From Rotaria sordida (Eukaryota), in contig CAJNOH010000575.1 of NCBI GenBank assembly GCA_905250005.1, forward strand, positions 39,867 to 49,058: 9,192 bases of DNA, in the 5' to 3' direction. The notes beneath the pieces were generated by a model, which saw only the letters and a program-made list of their open reading frames with translations, searched no databases and was not told the DNA's origin. Position numbers and translations under genes: made by a program. Positions within the stretch are counted from its first letter, which is position 1. Each line of letters starts with the position of its first letter. Shown here piece after piece: positions 8,751 through 9,192 of the stretch.

Positions 8751-8785
8751 TCAATATCGAAGGTACTGATAGATATCGATATTGA
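8751..8785. repeat. Perfect 10-bp inverted repeat with 15-nt spacer
   Basis: TCAATATCGA (8751-8760) and TCGATATTGA (8776-8785). Confidence 0.65.
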
Positions 8786-9192
8786 AGTATTGAACTGAAC
8801 TAAAGTTCTTTATAATTTTTTAATTTCTTCTAATACAATGAACGTTGATGGTGGTAAGAGAGACAAGACGGAAATAACATCCAAGCTTACCTCTGTTAAT
8901 GACGTTTCAACAAGATCGATATGAATATGAGCGGATGTTTATGTGTATTTATATATCTATGGCGTCCAAATAATATATCGCTTATGTTTCAAATGGTTAA
9001 TGATAAGCCTTTCTCTACTCGTACCAAGAATATCATCACTCCATTTGATATCGGTTTTTTCCCTCTTCTCTCATAACTAAACTGTTTTCTCAATGATGAT
9101 TGATACTGGTATCTATTTTTACATGGTAGAAAATATTACGATGATATAGATGTTGTAGCAAAGTAGTTAATGAAAGAAATAGAAAAGAAGAA

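Noticed and set aside
1-9192. Prophage, operon or CRISPR interpretation
   Set aside because: Only one phage-like domain is present, with no adjacent capsid, portal, baseplate or terminase genes, no regularly spaced repeat-spacer array, and large non-coding AT-rich spans atypical of bacteria or phage.

Overview
AT-rich, eukaryote-like window, probably metazoan; a bdelloid rotifer is my guess, not proven. It is mostly non-coding. The one strong coding locus is an intronless reading frame of about 2.35 kb on the minus strand (4921 down to 2570). It encodes a predicted secreted protein with an N-terminal signal peptide, a novel-looking N-terminal region, a short coiled-coil segment, a phage tail collar domain and a His-rich C-terminus resembling phage tail-fibre tips. 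The frame is split by one in-frame TAG codon at 3727-3725. The two halves reported by the ORF track (398 aa and 382 aa) are in the same frame and only two sense codons (GCA AAT) separate the stop from the next ATG. This suggests a recent nonsense mutation, stop readthrough, a small unannotated intron, or a sequencing error. Other structures include an 11-unit array of about 10 bp built on GATTC, with a hairpin at its end; degenerate tandem repeats at 1322-1613; a patch rich in CCCACA/TCCACA near the left end; a frameshifted coding-like remnant at 1646-2036; and two perfect 10-bp inverted repeats. The 4.2 kb to the right of the main locus has no ORF I can assign.
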